From: Thiotrichales bacterium
GTDB taxonomy: Bacteria; Pseudomonadota; Gammaproteobacteria; UBA5335; SLRW01
Assembly: GCA_003567955.1 (NCBI GenBank)
Contig: PWYF01000231.1
Span: forward strand, 1 to 42,512
DNA: 42,512 nucleotides
Direction of reading: 5' to 3'
The notes beneath the pieces are model-generated. The model saw only the letters and a list, made by a program, of their open reading frames with translations. It did not search any database and had not been told where the DNA came from. The translations under genes and the position numbers were made by a program. The number at the start of each line of letters is the position of its first letter. The stretch's first letter is position 1. Below are positions 16,438-23,685 of this stretch, in pieces.

Positions 16438-16878
16438 ATGGACATCCTTGATCGCGACGCCATTGCCGCCATGATTCCTCATGCCGGTGAGATGTGCCTG
16501 CTGGAAGCGATCACCGCCCATGACGCCCGCTGTATCACCGCCCGCGCCACCAGCCACCGGGCGCCGGACAACCCGCTGCGGCGTGATGATTGCCTGCCGG
16601 TGGAAGCCGGCATTGAATATGCCGCCCAGGCGATGGCGGTACATGGCGGACTGGCCGCCGGCGAGGGGCCGCCGCGCCGCGGCTTTGTCGCGGTTATCAA
16701 CCGCGTCGAGTGGCAATGTCAGCGGCTGGATGACCTGGATGCCGAACTGCTGATCCATGCCGAAGCACTGCAAAGCATGGCGGACAGCCGCAATTATGCT
16801 TTCAGCCTGAGTTGCAATGACCGCACCCTGCTCGAAGGCGAGGCCATGGTCGTGCTGGAAGCGCTGGAGGCGGACTGA
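16438..16878 (+). CDS. second FabA/FabZ-like hotdog dehydratase (ApeP-type paralogue)
   Basis: MIPHAGEMCLLEAITAHD parallels the motif of the 13990-14454 product. 146 aa. Confidence 0.65.
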   Translation: MDILDRDAIAAMIPHAGEMCLLEAITAHDARCITARATSHRAPDNPLRRDDCLPVEAGIEYAAQAMAVHGGLAAGEGPPRRGFVAVINRVEWQCQRLDDLDAELLIHAEALQSMADSRNYAFSLSCNDRTLLEGEAMVVLEALEAD

Positions 16879-16881
16879 CCC

Positions 16882-17619
16882 ATGCATCCTCTGCGCTTCG
16901 CCATCAGCCACTGGGCGGCCTGGGCCCCGGGCGTGGAGACCCGTGCCGACTGGCAGCAATGGCTGGTCGAAGGTGGTCAGGTGGATGCAATCCCGACCGA
17001 ACCGGACAAGCCCCGCCTGGATTTCATGCCGCCCATGCTGCGCCGACGCGCCAGCCGGGTCAGCCGCGCCGCATTGCGTGTGGCGTGGGAATGCAACGAA
17101 CCGGACCACAACACCCGCATGATCTTTGCCTCACGTCACGGCGAATTGCATCGCAGCAGTGAGCTGCTGGCCGATCTCGCCCGTGAACAACCACTGTCAC
17201 CCAACGCCTTCAGCCTGTCGGTACACAATAGCGCCGCCGGCCTGTATTCCATTGCCACCGGCAATCGCGCAGGGGCCACGGCCCTGGCCGCCGGAATGGA
17301 CAGCCTGCCGAGCGCGATCATTGCCGCTGCCGGTTATCTGCAGCGCGGCGAATCCGCCGTGACCGTGGTTATGGCCGATGAACGTCCGCCTGAATTTTAT
17401 CGCCGCTGGGCCGACTACCCTGTGGGCGTTTTTGCCCTGGGTCTGCGCCTGGTGGCGGCAGATGAGTCTGCCGGCTGGCGTTTGTGTGGCACTGAAGATG
17501 CACCCCGCACATCAACCTCACTGCCCGTCGAGATCGCGCTGCTCTCCATGCTGGCCGGCGATGTCGAACATCTCACTGTAGCGGGCGAAAATCACCGCTG
17601 GCTCTGGGAACGCAATTGA
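16882..17619 (+). CDS. KS-like protein lacking active-site Cys (chain-length-factor type, ApeC-like)
   Basis: 245 aa. The N-terminus FAISHWAAWAPG is typical of the truncated KS N-terminal-like proteins of APE loci. I see no CxS KS active-site motif. Confidence 0.65.
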   Translation: MHPLRFAISHWAAWAPGVETRADWQQWLVEGGQVDAIPTEPDKPRLDFMPPMLRRRASRVSRAALRVAWECNEPDHNTRMIFASRHGELHRSSELLADLAREQPLSPNAFSLSVHNSAAGLYSIATGNRAGATALAAGMDSLPSAIIAAAGYLQRGESAVTVVMADERPPEFYRRWADYPVGVFALGLRLVAADESAGWRLCGTEDAPRTSTSLPVEIALLSMLAGDVEHLTVAGENHRWLWERN

Positions 17620-18392
17620 AGTCACTCAATTACTACTGGCGGCTGCTGGCCACCGGCTATAACTTTGTCAGCTTTGGCATTGGTGCGCTGATTTTCAGTC
17701 TGACCATCATGCCGGTGGTGCGCCTGTGGCCCGGCAGCCGTGAGCGGCGCGAAGCCCGCGCACGCCAGGTCATTCATCTGGTGTTCCGGCTGTTCGCCTG
17801 GCAAATGCGCATGAACGGGGTGCTTTCCCTGAGCGCCGAGGATGTGCAACGATTGCGCCGGGAAGCCGCCGGCCGGGTGGTCATCGCCAACCATCCCTCG
17901 CTGGTTGATGTAGTACTGCTGATATCATTGCTGCCGCGCAGTGGTTGCGTGGTCAAACAGGCCATGTGGCGCAACCCCCTGACCTACGGCATGGTCCAGG
18001 GCGCCGGCTTTATCAGCAATGCCAGTGACTCGGCCACGCTGCTGGAGCGCAGCAAACGCGTACTCGACGCCGGAGATCCGCTGGTGGTGTTCCCTGAAGG
18101 CACGCGCACGGTGCGCGGCGAGCCCGTAAAATTCCAGCGTGGCGCGGCCAATATCGCGGTGCGTAACAATGCGGAAATACTGCCGGTGGTGATTCGTAAC
18201 GCGCCGCCCACACTGAGTAAACAGGAGCGCTGGTACAACATACCGCCAGAGAAAACCCGTTACACCATCACGCCGCAGGATCCAATCCGCATTGAAGATG
18301 TCGTGGATGCCAGCGGCGGCCCGGCGCTGACAACGCGGCGCCTGAACCGTTATCTTGAAAACTATTACAGGAGCATACTTGCCAATGAGTGA
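17616..18392 (+). CDS. lysophospholipid (PlsC-type) acyltransferase
   Basis: HX4D motif NHPSLVD and a FPEGTRT motif. There is an N-terminal TM segment. The TTG start overlaps the upstream stop by 4 nt. Confidence 0.8.
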   Translation: MKSLNYYWRLLATGYNFVSFGIGALIFSLTIMPVVRLWPGSRERREARARQVIHLVFRLFAWQMRMNGVLSLSAEDVQRLRREAAGRVVIANHPSLVDVVLLISLLPRSGCVVKQAMWRNPLTYGMVQGAGFISNASDSATLLERSKRVLDAGDPLVVFPEGTRTVRGEPVKFQRGAANIAVRNNAEILPVVIRNAPPTLSKQERWYNIPPEKTRYTITPQDPIRIEDVVDASGGPALTTRRLNRYLENYYRSILANE

Positions 18393-18645
18393 CCTGGCGC
18401 AGGAAATAAAAGAACTGATTATCGATTGTCTGGATCTTGAGGACATCACGCCCGACGACATCGGCGACGATGACCCGTTGTTTGTGGATGGCCTGGGGCT
18501 GGATTCCATCGATGCCCTGGAACTGGGCATGAACATCCAGAAAAAGTACAACATCAAGCTCGATGCCAATGACGAGGCCAACAAGGAACACTTTGCCTCG
18601 GTCAGTGCCCTGCGCCGGTTCATCGAAAGCCACCAGGCCGGCTGA
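18385..18645 (+). CDS. acyl carrier protein (second copy)
   Basis: GLGLDSIDALELG Ser attachment motif. I prefer the ATG at 18385 (MSDLAQEIK), which overlaps the acyltransferase stop. Confidence 0.85.
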   Translation: MSDLAQEIKELIIDCLDLEDITPDDIGDDDPLFVDGLGLDSIDALELGMNIQKKYNIKLDANDEANKEHFASVSALRRFIESHQAG

Positions 18646-18675
18646 GCCGCCACTGGCGGCGGGGGGAGCATCCCG

Positions 18676-20355
18676 TTGGCATTCAGGCCCTGCCTTGTTG
18701 TGCCCTGCTACAACCACAGCCGCCAGTTGCGCGATACCCTCGCCGCACTGGCGGCAACGGGCCTGCCATGCCTGCTGGTCGATGATGGCAGCGACAGCGA
18801 CAATGCCCGCGCCCTTGAAGCGCTGGCCGATGAACACGACTGGCTGGAGCTGGCCCGGCTGCAACGCAACCGTGGCAAGGGCGTAGCGGTGATACACGGC
18901 ATGCGCCTGGCCGCCAGCCGGGGCTACACTCACGCCCTGCAAATTGATGCCGACGGCCAGCATGATCCGGCCGACATCCCCGCCCTGCTTGAAGCCGCCC
19001 GCGCCGAACCCGAAGCCCTGATCAGCGGCCGCCCGCGCTATGGCGACGACATCCCGCGCGCGCGCCTGTACGGGCGCTACCTCACTCACGCCATGGTCTG
19101 GCTGCAAACCCTGTCGTTCTCGATCAAAGACTCCATGTGCGGTTTTCGTGTCTATCCGCTGGCGCCGACGCTGGCGCTGCTGGAGCGCAGCCGGGTCGGC
19201 CGGCGCATGGATTTCGACACCGAGATCATGGTGCGGCTTTACTGGCAGGGCACCCCGGTGCGCTTTGTAGATACCCGTGTGGTGTATCCGCCGGGCGGGG
19301 TTTCGCACTTCGCCGTACTCGCTGACAACCTGCGCATCACCGCCATGCATACCCGTCTGGTGCTGGGCATGTTGTGGCGGCTGCCGCGGTTGCTCAGAGG
19401 CCGCCACGACGTACAACACTGGTCCCATCAGCCCGAACGCGGCAGCTGGTGGGCCCTGTGGCTGGTCTTCCAGATTTACCGCCTGCTCGGCAGCCGGGTC
19501 ATCAAGCTGCTGCTGTATCCGATGATCGGCTATTTTTTTCTCACCAACCGGGAAGCACGCCAGACCTCGCGTGATTTCCTGCAACGGGTGCATGAGCAGG
19601 GCGGGGCACTGCCCCGGGCGCCGGATAACCGTCTGGTCTACCGCCACCTGTACAGTTTCGGCGACGCTATCGTGGACCGCCTGGCCTGCTGGCAGGGGCG
19701 ACTGCGCCACGAACATATGCGTTTCCACAACCAGCGTCTGTTGCTTGACCAGCGCGACAGTGGTCAGGGCGCGGTGATTCTCACCTCCCATCTGGGCAAC
19801 ATGGAAATGACCCGCGGGCTGATGACCGACATCGAGTTCATCAAGCTCAACGCGCTGGTCTACACCCGCAACGCCGCGCATATCAATGACATTATCCGCC
19901 GCAACAACCCGCGCGCCGGCAGTGACATCATTGATATCGCCCATTTCGGCCCCCAGACCGCACTGGTGCTGGATGAAAAAATCCGCCGCGCCGAGTTCAT
20001 TGCCATCGCCGCGGATCGCACCCCGCCCGGTCAACAATCCCGGCTGATGCCGGCGCGCTTTCTGGGCGAGGAGGCCCTGTTTCCGGCCGGGCCCTTTATT
20101 GTCGCCTCGCTGTTGCATTGCCCGGTGTATTTCATGAGCTGCATCAAGCATGACGACGGCATTTACGATATTGAAGTCAAACCCTTCGCCGAGCGTATTA
20201 ATCTGTCACGTGCCCGGCGGGAAGCGGACCTGGCCGGCTGGATCCAGCAATACGCCGATGAACTGCAGCAGCTGGCCTTGCGCGCCCCCCTGCAATGGTT
20301 CAACTTTTATGACTTCTGGGCCGGAACCGGCCACGAGGAGGCACCGGAGCCATGA
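18676..20355 (+). CDS. family 2 glycosyltransferase fused to LpxL/HtrB-like lipid acyltransferase domain
   Basis: The N-terminal half has VVPCYNH, VDDGSDSDN and QIDADGQHD (GT2 DxD). The C-terminal half has SHLGNMEM (HX4E, as in lipid A late acyltransferases). The start codon (TTG at 18676) is uncertain. Confidence 0.7.
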   Translation: MAFRPCLVVPCYNHSRQLRDTLAALAATGLPCLLVDDGSDSDNARALEALADEHDWLELARLQRNRGKGVAVIHGMRLAASRGYTHALQIDADGQHDPADIPALLEAARAEPEALISGRPRYGDDIPRARLYGRYLTHAMVWLQTLSFSIKDSMCGFRVYPLAPTLALLERSRVGRRMDFDTEIMVRLYWQGTPVRFVDTRVVYPPGGVSHFAVLADNLRITAMHTRLVLGMLWRLPRLLRGRHDVQHWSHQPERGSWWALWLVFQIYRLLGSRVIKLLLYPMIGYFFLTNREARQTSRDFLQRVHEQGGALPRAPDNRLVYRHLYSFGDAIVDRLACWQGRLRHEHMRFHNQRLLLDQRDSGQGAVILTSHLGNMEMTRGLMTDIEFIKLNALVYTRNAAHINDIIRRNNPRAGSDIIDIAHFGPQTALVLDEKIRRAEFIAIAADRTPPGQQSRLMPARFLGEEALFPAGPFIVASLLHCPVYFMSCIKHDDGIYDIEVKPFAERINLSRARREADLAGWIQQYADELQQLALRAPLQWFNFYDFWAGTGHEEAPEP

Positions 20356-21542
20356 GTGCCACAGCCTGTTATCTCAATGCCCTGGGCATGATCAACGCCA
20401 TGGGCGATGACAATGCCGAAATCCTCGCCAGCCTGCTGGCGGGCAAGGCGCCCGGCATGCGCGCGTCGGATGGCTGGATACCCGGCCGCAGCGTGCATAC
20501 CGGCGCCGTGGATGCCGAACTGCCAGCCTGGCCGCAACACCTGGCCCCCCAGACCTCACGCAACAATCGCCTGCTGGCCGCCGCCTGCACCCGGATCCAC
20601 GATGAGATCGAAGCCGCCCGCAACCGCTACGGCGCAGCGCGTATTGGCGTGGTGCTGGGCTCCAGCACCTCCGGCATTGCCGAGGGTGAGGCCGCCATTG
20701 CCGCGCATGAGCACGGCGAAGCGCTTCCCGCCAGCTTTGATTACCGCCAGCAGGAAATGGCCAGCCCCGCGCTGGCGCTGGCCGCACTGATGGAACTGGG
20801 CGGGCCGGCCTGGACCATCTCCACCGCCTGTTCCTCCAGTGCCCGCGCCTTCATGGAGGCCCGTCATCTGCTGGAAATGGAGCTGTGTGATGCCGTGCTG
20901 GTGGGCGGCAGCGATTCCCTGTGTCGGCTCACGCTGAACGGCTTTGCCGCGCTTGATGCCATCGCAACAGGCCCCACCCGGCCCTTTTGCGCCGGTCGTG
21001 ACGGCATCAATATTGGCGAGGGCGCCGCGGTATTTCTGATGACCCGCGAACCGGGCCCCGTGCGCCTGGCCGGGGCCGGCGATGCCAGTGATGCGCATCA
21101 CATCTCCGCGCCACAGCCGGAGGGCGAGGGCGCCGAAGCCGCCATGCGCATGGCGCTGGCTGATGCCGGGCTGGATGCCGCAGAGATTGACTACATCAAC
21201 CTGCACGGCACCGGCACGCCACTGAATGACGCCATGGAAAGCGCGGCAGTCAGCCGCGTCTTCGGCACCGGCACGCCCTGCAGCTCCACCAAGACGCTCA
21301 CCGGTCACACACTGGGCCCGGCCGGCGCCATCGAGGCCGGCCTGTGCTGGCTGCTGCTGTCGGCACAAAACCGTGATCACATCCTGCCGGCCCATATTTT
21401 CAATGGCGAACGCGATCCGGAACTCGCGCCCATCGGCTTGCTGGAGCATCCCGCAACCCTGCCCACGGACCGCACGCGCTACTGTCTGAGTAACTCCTTT
21501 GCCTTTGGTGGTAACAACTGTACCTTGATTCTGGCTGGCTGA
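20352..21542 (+). CDS. beta-ketoacyl-ACP synthase (second KS)
   Basis: TISTACSSSARA (Cys), LHGTGTPLND and LTGHTLGPAGAIEA. ATGA overlap with the upstream gene. Confidence 0.9.
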   Translation: MSATACYLNALGMINAMGDDNAEILASLLAGKAPGMRASDGWIPGRSVHTGAVDAELPAWPQHLAPQTSRNNRLLAAACTRIHDEIEAARNRYGAARIGVVLGSSTSGIAEGEAAIAAHEHGEALPASFDYRQQEMASPALALAALMELGGPAWTISTACSSSARAFMEARHLLEMELCDAVLVGGSDSLCRLTLNGFAALDAIATGPTRPFCAGRDGINIGEGAAVFLMTREPGPVRLAGAGDASDAHHISAPQPEGEGAEAAMRMALADAGLDAAEIDYINLHGTGTPLNDAMESAAVSRVFGTGTPCSSTKTLTGHTLGPAGAIEAGLCWLLLSAQNRDHILPAHIFNGERDPELAPIGLLEHPATLPTDRTRYCLSNSFAFGGNNCTLILAG

Positions 21543-21557
21543 CGCCAGCCAGAATCC

Positions 21558-21624
21558 GTGGTTACGTGGTTACGTGGTTACGTGGTTACGTGGTTACGTG
21601 GTTACGTGGTTACGTGGTTACGTG
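21558..21624. repeat. perfect tandem octanucleotide repeat (GTGGTTAC) x 8 plus GTG
   Basis: Counted directly. Eight uninterrupted units span 21558-21621, followed by a partial gtg. The repeat lies between the last KS stop (21542) and the selO start (21702). Confidence 0.95.
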
Positions 21625-21701
21625 AACAGCATTCCCTTGGTGTGAACGGGGTGGCATGCGAATGGTCTGTATCTGTGCCACATCCGTTTTAGCGGTGGAA
21701 A

Positions 21702-23195
21702 ATGAATCTGGAACAGCTTCCCTTTGAGCATAGCTACGCCGGTCTGCCGGCGCATTTCCATGCGCGGGTGGCGCCCACACCGGTCAGCAAGCCGCGGCTG
21801 GTGCAGCTCAATCGCCCGCTGGCGCACTACCTGGGGCTGGACCCGGCGCTGCTTGAAAGCGAGGCCGGTGTGGCCATGCTGGCCGGGAACCGTTTGCCGG
21901 AGAGCGCGCTGCCGCTGGCCATGGCCTACGCCGGGCATCAGTTTGGCCATTTCGTGCCGCAACTCGGTGATGGCCGGGCAGTGCTGCTGGGCGAACTGCT
22001 GGCCCGCGACGGCATCCGCCATGACATCCAGATCAAGGGCGCCGGACGCACGCCCTTCTCTCGCGGCGGCGACGGCCGCGCCGCCCTGCGGCCCATGGTG
22101 CGTGAATATCTGGCCAGCGAGGCGATGGCCGCGCTGGGGGTACCGACCCAGCGGGCCCTGGCCCTGCTGGAAACCGGCGAGGAAGTCTGGCGCGAGGAGG
22201 CCGAGCCGGGCGGTTTGCTGATCCGGGTGGCCCGCAGCCATATTCGCGTGGGCACCTTTGAGTATTTTTTCCGTAACGGTGATCACGAGGCCGTACGCAT
22301 TCTTGCGGATTACGTCATCGACCGGCATTACCCTGATGTGCGCGAGGCCGCCAACCCTTACCTCGCCCTGCTGAAGGGGATCAGCGAACGTACTGCCGAT
22401 CTCATCGCCGACTGGCTGGCGGTGGGTTTTATCCACGGCGTCATGAATACCGATAATCTGTCCGTCACCGGTGAGACCATCGACTACGGCCCCTTCGGCT
22501 TTATGGATGAATTCGATCCGGGGCAGGTCTACAGCTCCATCGACCGTGGCGGTCGCTACGCTTACAACCGCCAACCCGCCATCGCCCACTGGAATCTGAC
22601 GCGCCTGGCCGAAACCCTGCTGCCGCTGCTGGATCCCGACGAGAAAAAGGCGGTTGCCACGGCGGAGCAAAGCCTTGATAGCTTCGCACCCCGTTTTGAA
22701 GCTGCCTGGCAGGCGGCGCTGCGGCGCAAACTGGGCCTGACCGGCGGCCAGGCGGATGATGAAGCCCTGGTTACAGAATTGCTCGGCTGCATGTCCGAGC
22801 AGCGCGCCGACTACACCCTGGTGTTCCGGGCCCTGTCCTGGCTGCCCGATGACCCGTCCAGCGATGACGGCGCGGCCGATGAAACCCTGCGCGCCCTGTT
22901 TGCCAATACCCACCGCCTGGATGCCTGGCTGACACGCTGGCGCGCGCGGCTGGCGCAGCAGGCCACCCCCGAAAGCGAACGCCAGCAGGCCATGCAGGCC
23001 ACCAACCCGGCCTATATCCTGCGCAACCACCTCGCCGAACGCGCCGTGGACCAGGCCGCAGAAGGCGATTACAGCACTTTCAACGACCTGCTCACCGTCC
23101 TCGGCGACCCCTTTAGCGAACACCCCGGCTACGAGCACTACGCCCGCCCGCCGAAACCGGATGAGCGGGTGGTTCAAACGTTCTGTGGAACTTAA
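21702..23195 (+). CDS. selO: protein adenylyltransferase SelO (YdiU family)
   Basis: YAGHQFGHFVPQLGDGRA, KGAGRTPFSRGGDGRA, HGVMNTDNLSVTGETIDYGPFGFMD. 497 aa. Confidence 0.95.
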   Translation: MNLEQLPFEHSYAGLPAHFHARVAPTPVSKPRLVQLNRPLAHYLGLDPALLESEAGVAMLAGNRLPESALPLAMAYAGHQFGHFVPQLGDGRAVLLGELLARDGIRHDIQIKGAGRTPFSRGGDGRAALRPMVREYLASEAMAALGVPTQRALALLETGEEVWREEAEPGGLLIRVARSHIRVGTFEYFFRNGDHEAVRILADYVIDRHYPDVREAANPYLALLKGISERTADLIADWLAVGFIHGVMNTDNLSVTGETIDYGPFGFMDEFDPGQVYSSIDRGGRYAYNRQPAIAHWNLTRLAETLLPLLDPDEKKAVATAEQSLDSFAPRFEAAWQAALRRKLGLTGGQADDEALVTELLGCMSEQRADYTLVFRALSWLPDDPSSDDGAADETLRALFANTHRLDAWLTRWRARLAQQATPESERQQAMQATNPAYILRNHLAERAVDQAAEGDYSTFNDLLTVLGDPFSEHPGYEHYARPPKPDERVVQTFCGT

Positions 23196-23658
23196 CCCGG
23201 CTTCGCCGGGAGTTGTAAGTCTCAGGTCTAAGGTTGTAAGACGCCGGGCGCCTGATGGGGTTGCGGGCCTGGTCGGGATGCGTGTGGGGTGTATTTGGTG
23301 TGGGTTGTTTGTTTCGCGCAAAGCTCGCCAAGATCGCAAAGAAAAATCAAAAGCTAAACATGAAGGATGGAAGGGCTTGAAGAGTCAGGGAGTATGAGTT
23401 GGCTTTTGGTGTCGTCGTTCCCGCGAAGGCGGCGACCCAGGGAGGCTTCGGGGAGTTTCTGGATTCCCGCCTGCGCGGGAATGACGGAGAGCGCCCAATA
23501 CAGGCCACCCTCAGCTAACTGAGCCGCCAGACTATCCGGGCATCCGCCCCCGAAACATCAACCACCCCCAACAAATCCCCCTTCATGAGCTTCACGCGCT
23601 TCATGGTTCAAGCTTTTTGATCTTTAACTTAGCGCTCTTGGCGAGCTTTGCGCGAAAC
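23196..23658. repeat. mosaic nested-palindrome intergenic element, copy 1
   Basis: Arms at 23311-23337 and 23632-23658 match at 26/27 positions and extend as imperfect catgaag-rich arms. Internal hairpin modules are ttcccgcgaaggcggcga (23419-23436) and attcccgcctgcgcgggaat (23463-23482). The segment 23401-23487 closely parallels 29985-30070. Confidence 0.75.
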
Positions 23659-23685
23659 CCTGTTTTCCCGAGCCGAAGGCGCGGG

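Noticed and set aside
18268-20151. 627-aa ORF on the minus strand
   Set aside because: It lies entirely antisense to the ACP and GT2-LpxL-like genes, which have clear motifs. Its product is low-complexity and Gly/Ala/Gln/Arg rich with no motif. This is the typical spurious long antisense ORF of GC-rich DNA.
21558-21624. Possible CRISPR array
   Set aside because: The units are 8 bp and directly abutting with no spacers. This is a microsatellite, not CRISPR. No cas genes are in the window.
21652-21666. Sigma-54-like promoter tggcatgcgaatggt upstream of selO
   Set aside because: The GG element fits but the -12 element (tggt instead of ttgc) does not. No enhancer-binding protein is nearby. The evidence is too weak to call.
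21618-23339. 573-aa ORF on the minus strand
   Set aside because: It is antisense to selO, whose identity is unambiguous, and it has no recognisable domain.
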